From an uncultured Nitrospira sp. (GTDB taxonomy: Bacteria; Nitrospirota; Thermodesulfovibrionia; Thermodesulfovibrionales; UBA6898): a stretch of 64,000 nt of DNA. Location: positions 14,231 to 78,230 of the forward strand of contig CAWDEY010000002.1 of the NCBI GenBank assembly GCA_963801505.1, written 5' to 3'. The notes beneath the pieces were generated by a model. It made no database searches, was not told the origin of the DNA, and worked only from the letters and a program-made list of their open reading frames with translations. Positions 47,627 to 57,831 of this stretch are shown here, piece by piece. The first letter of the stretch is position 1, and every line of letters begins with the position of its first letter. Both the position numbers and the translations under genes were made by a program.

Positions 47627-49954
47627 CTATGGATTTATGGTTAAAGTAAACGCCTGACTTGCGGATGCTCCTATGCTGTCTGTTGCCCTTACTGTAAACG
47701 TATAAGTGCCTGCCGTTGTCGGTGTCCCCGTAATATTTCCAGCTGTTCCACTAGTCGCAATTGATAATCCGGGTGGAAAAGTGCCGGTCATCGTAAATAA
47801 ATACAACCCGCCCGCGTAAGGCACTCCACCAGTTACCGGAATGGTTGCAGTGTATGCTGTCCCAACTGTTCCGGACAGCAATATGGGTGGACCGGTAAAG
47901 GTAATAGACGGGCTGGAAATGGTTATAGAAAACGGTTGAGTTACAGATGTTCCAACGCTATCTGTTGCTCTTACTGTAAACGAATAGGTACCTGGAGTTG
48001 TTGGTGTCCCTGAAATAATTCCACTAGTAGAACCTAGGGCTAACCCGGATGGAAGGACTCCGCCAGCCAAACTGAATGTATACGGAGGTACTCCTCCGGT
48101 AACAGTAAGGCTTGAAGTATATGCAGTCGACACTTGTCCAGCCGCCAATGTGGATGTCCCGCTAAAGGTCATTGGCGCTGCAGCCAAATTCACAGTAGTA
48201 GCAATAGTTGACTTTATCCCTCTTGGCGTCGTTACCGTAGCGCTGACAATACTGCTATTTACCGTACTTGCAGTGTTCGCAGGAACCTCTACAATAAAAT
48301 TGAACATAGAGGGTCCGCTAGATACCTTATCTATGAGAGGTGATTCAATCTGGGTCATCGTTACAGTACCGACAGATGCAGTTGCTGCTACGGTGGTCCC
48401 TGCTTCAAGCTCGCCCAGGTTATAATCACCATAAATGACCGCAAACGAACCACTGCCGCCTTTAGTTATACTTGATGGAGCAACTGCAAAAGCACCCGAG
48501 GGGACAAAGGCAGTTGAATAAAAAACAGGCTCTGTATCAGTGAATTGTAATTTTATGCTGGTCCATATCATCTTGCTGGTCTGACAGCCTGCAGCAGGGC
48601 AATTCGGGCCGTCCCACACGCCATTAGGGCCGTCATACTGGCCGTTGCCGTTGACATCAATGTACTCTTCAAAGAGTTCAGAGCTTGGAGATATTACCCC
48701 ATTACAATTTTTTTCCGTGCCGCTATTTCTGCAGCCGTCATCGTTTTTATCGATAAAAGGTTCTCCAAGGTCAGTGAAGGACTCTCCCAAATCATAATTG
48801 CCGTTTCCATTTGCATCATTAAAGGCCTCTTCACCCTGGACAGTCGCGAGCACTGTCAACCAGCCGTCTCTCGGATTAAAGGTGTGTCCGGATGTGTAGT
48901 AGGGCTCTGTTGGGGCCGGTCTCACATCAGCCGGAATAGGGGCCTGCGTCCTTAGAATTGATGTTGTAATCCCTCGTGCATCAGTGAGTCCGCTCCTGCC
49001 TATGGCCCCTGCCTCTGTATAGAAGGAGACCGAGGTCCCTGTCAACAGATCAAAGTTACCGAACCTGTCTGCAATAAAAGCGGTTTCAGTAGCCTCTAAT
49101 CCGGAAATCCTCAGACCCGGCAGATTAAACGTCGTAGTCGCGAGGTTGAAATGCTTTGCTGAAGGCAGGCCCCCGCCGATCGATATAGTTGCTGTTGAGG
49201 TCGATATCGGAGTCCCTGCTACAGTAGCTATTATTGTGACTGGACCTGAGACATTACCGCTATGTAGTGATATTGTCACCTGTCCGCCAGTTGTTACGCC
49301 GGAGGCCTGCGTTGGTGTATTGTCTATAGCATCGCCTATATATTCACCTCCGTCACCAGGCAATTTCCCGCCGCTGGGGCCGTTCATGGTAAAGTCTATT
49401 TGTGTGCCATCCGAGATATTGCCGCCGGTCACATCAGTGACGGAGAAAAGGACCTTGGAGACCTCTGTCTGGCCGGTGCCCCTTAGCCCTATGACCTGCG
49501 GTGTTGCCGAAACAAATTCTATGCTGGCTGCTCCTGCTGCTGCAATAGGTATGGAAACCGCTTGTGTTATATTGCCAGCAGTGGCGGTTATGATGGCTGT
49601 CCCTGGTATGGACTTCCCCGTAAACGTGGCGATCGCATTACCATTAAAAGTCTTTGACTGGGCTGTTATAGTTCCGAGACTGTTATCGTTCAGGGTAAAC
49701 CTGACTACGGTGCCGTCCGGCACATTCCCGGCTGTGATATCTTTGACTGTTGCTGTGATGCTGGAGGAGCCCTTGATTATCAACGCAGAGGGATTGGCAG
49801 TCAGCGTAATGCTGTTTGGGGCCCCGATTTCATCTCCTGAACCGCCATTAACATTAACAACATTAACGGGTGGCAGATCGCTGCTGCCGCTGCCTCCTCC
49901 TCCGCCGCATGCGTACAAAGCTATTAGAAGCAAGAATAAGAAATACCGTTTCAT
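47627..49954 (-). CDS. large surface lipoprotein with Big_1-type Ig-like domains, Asp/Asn/Gly-rich putative Ca-binding repeats and two C-terminal He_PIG-type Ig domains
   Basis: Lipobox LYAC followed by GGGGGSGSS. Repeated segments ITLTANPSALI...TATVKD..G..V.DGT.V.F. DANGNGNYD / DVNGNGQYD motifs. PPYTFSLAGGVLPSGL...GTPTTPGTYSFTVRATDS occurs twice. Confidence 0.75.
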   Translation of the reverse strand: MKRYFLFLLLIALYACGGGGGSGSSDLPPVNVVNVNGGSGDEIGAPNSITLTANPSALIIKGSSSITATVKDITAGNVPDGTVVRFTLNDNSLGTITAQSKTFNGNAIATFTGKSIPGTAIITATAGNITQAVSIPIAAAGAASIEFVSATPQVIGLRGTGQTEVSKVLFSVTDVTGGNISDGTQIDFTMNGPSGGKLPGDGGEYIGDAIDNTPTQASGVTTGGQVTISLHSGNVSGPVTIIATVAGTPISTSTATISIGGGLPSAKHFNLATTTFNLPGLRISGLEATETAFIADRFGNFDLLTGTSVSFYTEAGAIGRSGLTDARGITTSILRTQAPIPADVRPAPTEPYYTSGHTFNPRDGWLTVLATVQGEEAFNDANGNGNYDLGESFTDLGEPFIDKNDDGCRNSGTEKNCNGVISPSSELFEEYIDVNGNGQYDGPNGVWDGPNCPAAGCQTSKMIWTSIKLQFTDTEPVFYSTAFVPSGAFAVAPSSITKGGSGSFAVIYGDYNLGELEAGTTVAATASVGTVTMTQIESPLIDKVSSGPSMFNFIVEVPANTASTVNSSIVSATVTTPRGIKSTIATTVNLAAAPMTFSGTSTLAAGQVSTAYTSSLTVTGGVPPYTFSLAGGVLPSGLALGSTSGIISGTPTTPGTYSFTVRATDSVGTSVTQPFSITISSPSITFTGPPILLSGTVGTAYTATIPVTGGVPYAGGLYLFTMTGTFPPGLSIATSGTAGNITGTPTTAGTYTFTVRATDSIGASASQAFTLTINP

Positions 49955-50102
49955 CTATACACCCTCCTTAAACACTCAGCAGCAAAAAATTGATTTTTTG
50001 ATTGTCAATATCTGACATCCTTATTTTTATCTCTTTGGTGTGCAGCCATAACACGGATGTAAATACATCTGTAAATTTTGTCCTCTTGAGTTGCTTTTTT
50101 TG

Positions 50103-50705
50103 TTAATCTATAAAATCCGCAAAATTGATTGAAAAGTTTGTCACGAAACTGTGCGTTTTATTAGTATTGACTTCAACGCCGTTAAATGTAACAGTCACAT
50201 AATAACTGTACCCGGGCAGGCCCCCGCACACCAAATTTGATAGAGGTGGGCTTGATTTCATGACCTGACTCGCAACCGGGAGAGAAATGGTTGCAGAACC
50301 TCCCGCTGGTATAATATTGCCCAAGGCATAATTCTGGGCTGGGATGGCAGGACTTGCAGGAGTCGCTGTTGATGCAGGGACATATGTTATTGTTACGCTC
50401 TGGAGTCTCACATCTGAAGCAGTGAAGTCTGTCGGAAGATCGGGAATCGCAGTTGATGTTATCGTAAAATCAGCTGAGTCAGGCAAAATAGTGACACTAT
50501 CAACACCTGGCACCCCGCAATTGTCAGGAGTTGCATCAGTATGTTTCGCCACGTCCGAATCAAACGGATTGCCTCCGGCATATTCAGCCTTGAGTGTGAC
50601 TGTATCATAAACCGCCCCCCCTCCGTCTGTGCCTCCGCCGCCGCATCCTGCAAGGGTTGCTGCAGCAAACATAACTATTAATATCCGTCTTAAGTATTTG
50701 GCCAT
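50103..50705 (-). CDS. lipoprotein, hypothetical
   Basis: Lipobox LAGC followed by GGGGTDGGG (same post-Cys Gly tract as the downstream Ig-like lipoprotein); 200 aa; no family recognised. Confidence 0.5.
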   Translation of the reverse strand: MAKYLRRILIVMFAAATLAGCGGGGTDGGGAVYDTVTLKAEYAGGNPFDSDVAKHTDATPDNCGVPGVDSVTILPDSADFTITSTAIPDLPTDFTASDVRLQSVTITYVPASTATPASPAIPAQNYALGNIIPAGGSATISLPVASQVMKSSPPLSNLVCGGLPGYSYYVTVTFNGVEVNTNKTHSFVTNFSINFADFID

Positions 50706-50770
50706 TTATTCCTCCATTGCTAAAATAATATATCCTTTGATGTTATTCTATATCTAAGATCCGGCACTTT

Positions 50771-52974
50771 TTAAAGCGGCCTGGTCACTATCGTAGGGGT
50801 TAAAAAGATGAGCATTTCCTTAATGTTAGGTCCTGTCACATTTTTTGTTTTAAACAGCCAGCCAAGACCGGGTATCTTGCTTAAAAGAGGCACCCCGTCT
50901 TCACTTTCAGTTACACTTGTTGTGTATATGCCACCCAATACCAGTGTCTCACCACTCTTGATAAGGGCATTGGTAGTCAGAGTTTCTTTGTATTGATAAC
51001 TGTATTGTTACCGGCAGTGCCGCTTTCGATGCTGTCGTCTGATGCAGTGACCTTTAGCTGGATATAGCCGTCAGGCGTGATCTTCGGAGTGACATCAAGG
51101 CTCAATGTGGCCTTTTTCTCCTCTGTTGACGGCACGCCTGTTGTACTTACTGTTTGAACAAAGAATGAACGTCCCTGCTGTATGTTGGCAGCTTCGTTGT
51201 CCATGGTTAAGATCCTCGGGTTTGATAAGGTCTTGGACTTGCCGATGGATTCAAGGGCGGAAAGGGACAGATTAACCTTTACGGTGCTGGCATTGCCTAC
51301 AGTAAAATCTAAGGCGCCCCCGGTATTTGCAGTTGCTGGTGCCTGCTGCTACAGTCGGGGTATTTACTGAAAAGTTACCGCCAAGCGTATTCGGATAAGA
51401 CGGGACGTGCAAATGACCCGCCCCATCTTATCCCCAATGATTCGCTATAATTGGTCGCAACTTCAACTATCTTTGCCTCTATCATCACCTGAGGCTTTGG
51501 AACATCCATTATAGTCACAAGCTCTTTTATTTTATCTATACTCTTCTGTGTGTCCTTTAAAATAAGCGTGTTCATCCTCGTGTCTATTGCTATGCTGCCC
51601 CGCGAAGTAAGCAGTTTGCCGCTATTTACAGCAGCTGTTGATGTCAGTCGGCAGACGCATAGTTGACGCGTACTATCTCCTGCTCAAGGTCTTCTGTATT
51701 TTTCTCCTTTCTCCTTTGCTTTTTGCTTTTCCTCGGACATCCTGGTCAACACATTGGTCGGTGCAATCCAAAGGATATTGCCTTCAATGGATTTGGACAG
51801 GGGTGGTTTATTGAGTATTGAGTATTATATCCAACGCCTGGTCCCATGGCACATTTAAAAGCTTAATGGTAACATTTCCCTTTACAGCCGGATGCAGCAC
51901 CAGATTGTAGCCGCTGACATCTGCCAGGAGTCTGAATATGGGCCTGACATCCGCATCTTGAAAATCAAGAGATATTTTCTTCCCTGTATATTCGCCTTCA
52001 ATCAGTTTTTCCGGTTCCTGCACAGGCTGGACCGGCTTTGCAGGTACCTCTGCAGCAGTTGCTGCAACAACTGTTTTTTCGGATTTATTATGGGCCTGAG
52101 ATACTGATGTCTCCTTAGCCAGCAGTGAAATCTCAATGGAATTCCCTGTGGCAATGACGTCAAAATTAGTTTTCTGTTTCAGGTCCAGTACCAGCCTCAG
52201 CTTACCCTTGTGTTTTCCGGCCCTTATACCCTTTAAGGGCGAGATTACACTGTCCGGCAAAGTGGTATTCAATGTTACCTCAGGTATATCTATTACAATT
52301 CTTTCATTTACCGGAAAAACGTTAGGTATTATAGTGCCATTTCCTGTTATTAATACTTTTACAGCATCTGCAGTTTTTTTGATTTCTACTCCAGCGATCT
52401 CGGTTGCTTTAGGCACAGGCTGAATATTCTCTTCAACTGCTTTTAATGACATTAGCCGGGGGTTCAGTACTAGCCAAAGCAGGCCCATACGGACTTGCCT
52501 TCAGGGTCTTTAGGTTCCGGCAAAGCAACAGGCTCTTTAGGCTCTGACAAAACAACAGGCTCCTCTTTCTTAATTGAAAGCACGAGGGTATTGTCGTTGT
52601 AAGAAGGAGACACCGCAGACGGGAGTTTGCAGTATAATATCAATTTTAGCCACTGCATCCGGTGTATTGATCTGTTGTGGTATTATCTCTGTTATGCCGG
52701 ATTTATCTGAGACAATCTTGCTTGTGAATTTACCTACTGACATCCCGGGAATTTCTACCGTAACTTTATACGGATCATTTGAATTATATACCGTATAAAT
52801 AAAATTCTTATTACTCTTGATCACTACATCAGCATCCTCTATCGTAATATCAGTAATAACTGCTATTTCTTCTCCTGAAGATGCTTCTTTCTTTCCGGAT
52901 GTTGTAGCACAGCCAAGCAAAAGCATTAACCCCACAATTAATAAACAGAGCTTTAACATTTTATTATTTTTCAT
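50771..52974 (-). pseudogene. pilQ: type IV pilus secretin pilQ, heavily fragmented
   Basis: Lipoprotein signal, two AMIN-like domains, N0/N1 and secretin-domain peptides (LGIRWGG, NPRILTMDNEAANIQQG, VPLLSKIPGLGWLFK), spread over about 8 frame changes and stops. Confidence 0.85.
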
Positions 52975-53486
52975 TATTCCTCCTCCTTGCGGAGTTTCAA
53001 TATTGTATCTTTTTCTTTGGTCTGACCTTTGTAGTCTTTAACCTGTTCTTTTATAAAAACAGAATCGCTTGTAATATCCGTAACCTTGCCGTTGTTTAGA
53101 CCTAAGGTCATTCCCTTTCTGATTGTATAGGATTTTTTATCAGGCATGGTTATAAGCGCATAATATTGCTTGCTGTCCCAAGCTATTGCAATCAGTTTAA
53201 TTTCATCAACGTCAAAATTCTCTATAGGGGTCGCACCCTTTTTTCTTTGGGCCTTTGTTTTGATAGTCTGAACAAGAGACATAAAGGGATCTCTTCTGCC
53301 CTTAGGATCATATACATATATCTCTTTTTCAACCTTTGGTTCCTCTTTCTGGACTGTTGCAGATGCCGCAGGAGTGTTTGCCGCAGGTTTATTAACAACC
53401 GGCTTTTTGTCCGTTGCACCTTTGCCCTTGCACCCCGGGCTTATGAATGCCAGCAATATTAAAATATATACCAGTTTATTCATCAT
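52974..53486 (-). CDS. pilP: type IV pilus assembly lipoprotein PilP
   Basis: Lipobox ISPGC; 170 aa; position between pilO and pilQ. Confidence 0.7.
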   Translation of the reverse strand: MMNKLVYILILLAFISPGCKGKGATDKKPVVNKPAANTPAASATVQKEEPKVEKEIYVYDPKGRRDPFMSLVQTIKTKAQRKKGATPIENFDVDEIKLIAIAWDSKQYYALITMPDKKSYTIRKGMTLGLNNGKVTDITSDSVFIKEQVKDYKGQTKEKDTILKLRKEEE

Positions 53487-54073
53487 TTTTTGGGTTTCCC
53501 TGCTTCAGGAACAGCAGAAAAAGTTGAAGCTTTAAACGAGGCATTGAGAATGACCTCATTTTTAACCACCCTGGGGCCTGAAAGTCTCATATTGCTGATA
53601 TTGACAATCCTGTTCAATTTAGTCAGACTGCTCAGGAAATACCCCAAATTATGATAAGTCCCTTCAACATCTACGGCAACCGGAATTTCATAGACAATGC
53701 CACTGGGGTGAGTAGTCTTTACTCCGGGCTTCCATGATTTTATGTCCAGACCTGCAGCTATGCCAAGATCAGATATCTGTTTCAAAAGGGACGATATCTC
53801 TTTCTCATCCGGCAGTTGTTCCTTGAGCTCATTTACTCTTCTTATCAACCTCTGATTTTCCTGTTTTAAAATGTCGAGTTTTGCAACTTTAGCCTGACTG
53901 GTTGCAATTTCATTATTTTGAACATCTATCTTGGCATCGAGTGCTTTAATCTCCTTCTGCTTCGGCATGATCAGTATTATTATAATGACAAGTGACAATA
54001 TAACAGGGGGGGCAAGCGAAATTATTACCTTGGCATACAATGGAAGATTTTTTATGTTTAAATTGATGGCCAT
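53483..54073 (-). CDS. pilO: type IV pilus assembly protein PilO
   Basis: N-terminal TM, coiled coil, ferredoxin-like C-domain; operon position. Confidence 0.75.
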   Translation of the reverse strand: MAINLNIKNLPLYAKVIISLAPPVILSLVIIIILIMPKQKEIKALDAKIDVQNNEIATSQAKVAKLDILKQENQRLIRRVNELKEQLPDEKEISSLLKQISDLGIAAGLDIKSWKPGVKTTHPSGIVYEIPVAVDVEGTYHNLGYFLSSLTKLNRIVNISNMRLSGPRVVKNEVILNASFKASTFSAVPEAGKPKK

Positions 54074-54074
54074 G

Positions 54075-54614
54075 TTATACCTTGACCTTAAAAGTCAATT
54101 TGAAATTATATAGTGAGTAACCGGTCACTTGTGCTTGCACGGATTCCTGGAGATAGACATCAGTAAAGAGCTTCGAAAGTTTAAGATTGTCTACGTAATT
54201 TACAACGTCAGTATTAGTGAAAGCCGTACAATTCAGGATTACTTTGTCACCTGCCACATCCATGGAAGTAAGCCAGACTCCGTCAGGAAGCAGCTTATCT
54301 ACCTCATCCAGGATCTTAACAGGCAGGGTCTTGTTCTTGCCGAGTTGTTCGATAATTTCCTTTCGCTTCTGAAAATCAGCATTACGTTTTTCAAAATCTT
54401 CCACGTCTTTAATCTTTAGCTTAAGTTCCGTTATTTTTGCTTCGTTTTCATTCACCTTTGCCTGCTTTTCTGATAAACGTCCGCTAAAGAAAAAAACAAG
54501 CCAAGCGAGTACGGCACCTGCAACAAGGGTGGCAAATACCATGGAAATCAGGAATGTCGGCAGGGGTTTTTGTTTTTTCCTCTTTTTAACAGGCAGGAGA
54601 TTGACTTTTATCAT
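54075..54614 (-). CDS. pilN: type IV pilus assembly protein PilN
   Basis: MIKVNLLP N-terminus (PilM-binding motif), TM, coiled coil. Confidence 0.8.
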   Translation of the reverse strand: MIKVNLLPVKKRKKQKPLPTFLISMVFATLVAGAVLAWLVFFFSGRLSEKQAKVNENEAKITELKLKIKDVEDFEKRNADFQKRKEIIEQLGKNKTLPVKILDEVDKLLPDGVWLTSMDVAGDKVILNCTAFTNTDVVNYVDNLKLSKLFTDVYLQESVQAQVTGYSLYNFKLTFKVKV

Positions 54615-55690
54615 CTGTCGCCCTGCCGTCTTAAAGCCAGTCCAACAGCAACAGCCAACATCGGGGCGACGTCATTTAAGCTATAGGACTTATCATTGGT
54701 TACAATGTTTGCCGTCTCAAGTTTCTTGGGTATTTTTATATTTCTGAAGGGTTCTATGATCTTTGTCTCTATACCGGTCCTCTCTTCTAACATCGATACA
54801 AAATTGCCGATCAACGAACATCCCCCGCTGATAATCACTTCAGAGATGTCCTCATTGACTGTAGTACTCCTGTAATAATCGAACGAACGTATGATCTCAT
54901 TAAAAATTTCTTCTGAAGCCGATTCTATAACAGCCATCGCATCCTCAGGGGAAATATTTTCAACTGCTTCACCACTTTTCAATTTTTCGGCATTTTCATA
55001 GGAAATATTAAATTCACGCTGAAGCGCTTCAGTATGCAGATTACTTCCAAGGGAACTGTCTCTCGTAAATACCGAGATACCCCCCTTTAAAATAATCAAA
55101 TTAACCGTGCTGGCCCCGATATTAAGCACTGCTACATTTCTATCGGATTCAACCTCGTAATTTACTTCGTACATATTTTCAAGGGCAAAAGCACCAATAT
55201 CAACAATAATCGGGTTGAGACCGGCTTCCTTGACAACGGAGATATATTCGTTAATGATATCTTTTTTGACCGCAACTAAAATAACATCCATCTGTCCCGG
55301 TTCTTCTTTCGGGCCGATGATCTGAAAATCAAGATGTACATCTTCAATATCAAAGGGAACATACTGCTCAGCCTCAAATTTAATTGACTCCGAGAGTTCC
55401 TCCTCGGTCATTTCAGGCAATGAAATCCTTTTAATAATTACGGATGAATGTCCGGAAACGGATATGACAGCATTTTTTGTCTTAATGCCTGCGTTTTTGA
55501 TCATATTTTTTAAAGATTCAACTAAGCGCAGCGAATCAATTATCGAACCATCAACAATCAATTCCGGAGGAAGAGGATGTACATAAAACAGTTCAAGCTC
55601 ATAGCCGCCCATGGCCTCTTTGAGCTTAACCGCTTTAATGTAACTTGAGCCAATGTCTAGTCCTATTGAATCTTTTCCGCCAAAAAACAT
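54611..55690 (-). CDS. pilM: type IV pilus assembly ATPase-like protein PilM
   Basis: Actin-like fold signatures: GLDIGSSYIKAV at the N-terminus, GGCSLI near the C-terminus; 359 aa. Confidence 0.88.
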   Translation of the reverse strand: MFFGGKDSIGLDIGSSYIKAVKLKEAMGGYELELFYVHPLPPELIVDGSIIDSLRLVESLKNMIKNAGIKTKNAVISVSGHSSVIIKRISLPEMTEEELSESIKFEAEQYVPFDIEDVHLDFQIIGPKEEPGQMDVILVAVKKDIINEYISVVKEAGLNPIIVDIGAFALENMYEVNYEVESDRNVAVLNIGASTVNLIILKGGISVFTRDSSLGSNLHTEALQREFNISYENAEKLKSGEAVENISPEDAMAVIESASEEIFNEIIRSFDYYRSTTVNEDISEVIISGGCSLIGNFVSMLEERTGIETKIIEPFRNIKIPKKLETANIVTNDKSYSLNDVAPMLAVAVGLALRRQGDR

Positions 55691-55903
55691 AGCCTATGAT
55701 TACCAGAATGTGATGCTATTGTCAAGCTTTTTTTTGAAAATATTCCAGATATTTCATGTAGTTCAACCTGAACATTAATAAATTGGTTTAAGAGTTTGTC
55801 TGTTTGCCAATTGAATAAGACACATTTTTCTTGGATATAAATGCGGATTTCTTTGGATCTTGAGGCAAATTGGACTAAAATATTTTTACAAACGCATACA
55901 AAT

Positions 55904-56770
55904 CTATTTAAGGTTTAGGATTCTTTCAATGCTTAGGATATTTGAATCAGCCCTGCCGATAGCAAAAAGGTTTCCCTCCGGATCTTTCATCCTTACAAAT
56001 TCGCCATTATATAAATTGCATGATTCCAAAATAATTCTCACGCCATTTTTTGCCTTTTGATAATCAAAATCATCAAGCTTTATTTCAGGTAATGTTACCA
56101 GCGCCCGATCTATTGAATAAAACATCCCTGCATTGTCAGCAAGGTCTTCAAAAGAGAATGAATTATTAATGTTAAACTCACCGACTGCTGTTCTTTCAAG
56201 TCTTGCCATATGCGCTCCTGTCCCGAGTTTTGTGCCAATGTCATCACAAAGAGATCTTATATACGTCCCCTTTGAACAGGAAATCGTCACATCCAAACAG
56301 GGCATATCTATCGAGGTTATTTCTATGTCGTAAATATGCACTGATCGGTCGGGCCTGTCTATCTCAATACCTTTTCTTGCAAGTTTGTAAAGTGTCTTTC
56401 CGCCAATTTTTACCGCAGAATACATAGGGGGTTTCTGTTTTATAGGACCTTTAAAGGACTGGACCGCATCAGACAGATCAGCTTCTGAAAAATAAGGTAT
56501 CTCCTTTCTGTCAATAACTCTTCCCTCGGCATCATAGGTATCAGTTCTTTCTCCAAGCTTTATTTTTGCCTTATATTGCTTTCCCATATCCATCAGAAAT
56601 CTGGTGACCTTGGTCGCCTCATTCAGGCATACAAGCAGTACGCCGGTCGCCTGAGGGTCAAGCGTGCCCGCATGCCCTGCTTTTTTTGCCCCAAGCAGAC
56701 GTTGGACCTTTGTCACCGCCTGTCTAGAAGTTACGCCTGGAGGTTTATTGAGGTTAATTATTACATGCAT
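55904..56770 (-). CDS. truB: tRNA pseudouridine(55) synthase
   Basis: INLNKPPGVTS, catalytic GHAGTLDPQATGVL, C-terminal PUA-like domain. The ORF extends to 56803, but MHVIINL at 56770 is the more plausible start. Confidence 0.9.
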   Translation of the reverse strand: MHVIINLNKPPGVTSRQAVTKVQRLLGAKKAGHAGTLDPQATGVLLVCLNEATKVTRFLMDMGKQYKAKIKLGERTDTYDAEGRVIDRKEIPYFSEADLSDAVQSFKGPIKQKPPMYSAVKIGGKTLYKLARKGIEIDRPDRSVHIYDIEITSIDMPCLDVTISCSKGTYIRSLCDDIGTKLGTGAHMARLERTAVGEFNINNSFSFEDLADNAGMFYSIDRALVTLPEIKLDDFDYQKAKNGVRIILESCNLYNGEFVRMKDPEGNLFAIGRADSNILSIERILNLK

Positions 56771-56785
56771 AGAGGTAAGGGGGAC

Positions 56786-56870
56786 AGGCTGAAGACCGCA
56801 CAAAGCGGCCGTTTAGACTGAATACTGAAGGCTGAAGCACCCTAACGACCGTCAGTCTATCCAACTTCAG
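56786..56870. repeat. degenerate heptamer/inverted-repeat element between nrnA and truB
   Basis: AGACTGA ATACTGA AGGCTGA then CGTCAGT...ACTTCAGG; the right end resembles the family C terminus and runs into the nrnA stop. Confidence 0.4.
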
Positions 56871-56871
56871 G

Positions 56872-57831
56872 CTATTCACCTGAGTAGTCAAATTTTTTCA
56901 TTGCAAGCAGGAGCTTTTCTTTTGCTGATTTCAGACTGCCCTTGATCTTAAAACCAGCAGCATTCTTATGTCCGCCTCCACCATATAACTCAGCTATTTT
57001 AGCGACATTAACATTACCTTTTGACCGCAGACTTGCCTTCCAGAAACCGTCTCCCATATCTCTGAAAAGGGCCGCTATTTTTACTGACTTGATCATACGG
57101 GGAAGGTTTGAGAAATTATCAGTATCTTCAGGTTTTGTACCTGTTTTTTCAAACATATTTTTTGTGATATGCATAACCGCCACATTACCTTTTATCTCAA
57201 GGTTATTTAAAGTCATTACAAGAAGACCGAATCTGTTTTCTTCCCATTGATCGTAGAGACATTCGGATATAAATGCAGGATTTGCTCCGGCCTCTATCAG
57301 ATCCGCACTTGCCCTGAGGACCTCTGATGAAGTATTGCTGTATCGGAAAGTGCCGGTATCAACCGCAATAGCAGTATAAAGGTTTATGGCCATATCGCCG
57401 GTAAGGCTGACACCCAGGGCCTTTATCAGATAAAAAACCATAAGACCTGTGGCCGCTGCTGAAGGGACTACCCACCTGATGTCCCCGAAATCTCTTTCCG
57501 TCTCATGGTGGTCTATTACCACAGACCTTCGGAACGAATATTTCTCAAGCCCCGCCCTTTCAGGGCTGTTGCAATCCAAAAGGACAAAAACGGGTTTTTT
57601 GGACAAGCTATTTTTAAGACCGGTCCTGAATCTCTTGGTGTCTGGCATAAACTTGTAAAATTCCGGAACAACGTCTTTATTATAAACATAAACTTCTTTG
57701 CCCATGGCCTCAAGGGCGCTTGCTAAGGCAAGGGCGGAACCTACTGCATCACCGTCAGGATTCAGGTGTGTTGCCAGTAAGAATACCTTTTCTTTTTTAA
57801 GGACCGAGACAATCTCTCTAGGTATCTTCAT
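56872..57831 (-). CDS. nrnA: DHH-family phosphoesterase (NrnA-like oligoribonuclease / pAp phosphatase)
   Basis: THLNPDGDAVGS, DHH (VIDHHE), GGGGHKNAAG DHHA1 motif. Confidence 0.85.
   Translation of the reverse strand: MKIPREIVSVLKKEKVFLLATHLNPDGDAVGSALALASALEAMGKEVYVYNKDVVPEFYKFMPDTKRFRTGLKNSLSKKPVFVLLDCNSPERAGLEKYSFRRSVVIDHHETERDFGDIRWVVPSAAATGLMVFYLIKALGVSLTGDMAINLYTAIAVDTGTFRYSNTSSEVLRASADLIEAGANPAFISECLYDQWEENRFGLLVMTLNNLEIKGNVAVMHITKNMFEKTGTKPEDTDNFSNLPRMIKSVKIAALFRDMGDGFWKASLRSKGNVNVAKIAELYGGGGHKNAAGFKIKGSLKSAKEKLLLAMKKFDYSGE

Noticed and set aside
49146-50015. 289-aa ORF on the plus strand
   Set aside because: It is entirely antisense to the 775-aa Ig-like lipoprotein gene. It has low-complexity Pro/Val/Ala-rich translation, no start context and no recognisable domain. 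It is a typical shadow ORF of a Gly/Thr-rich gene.
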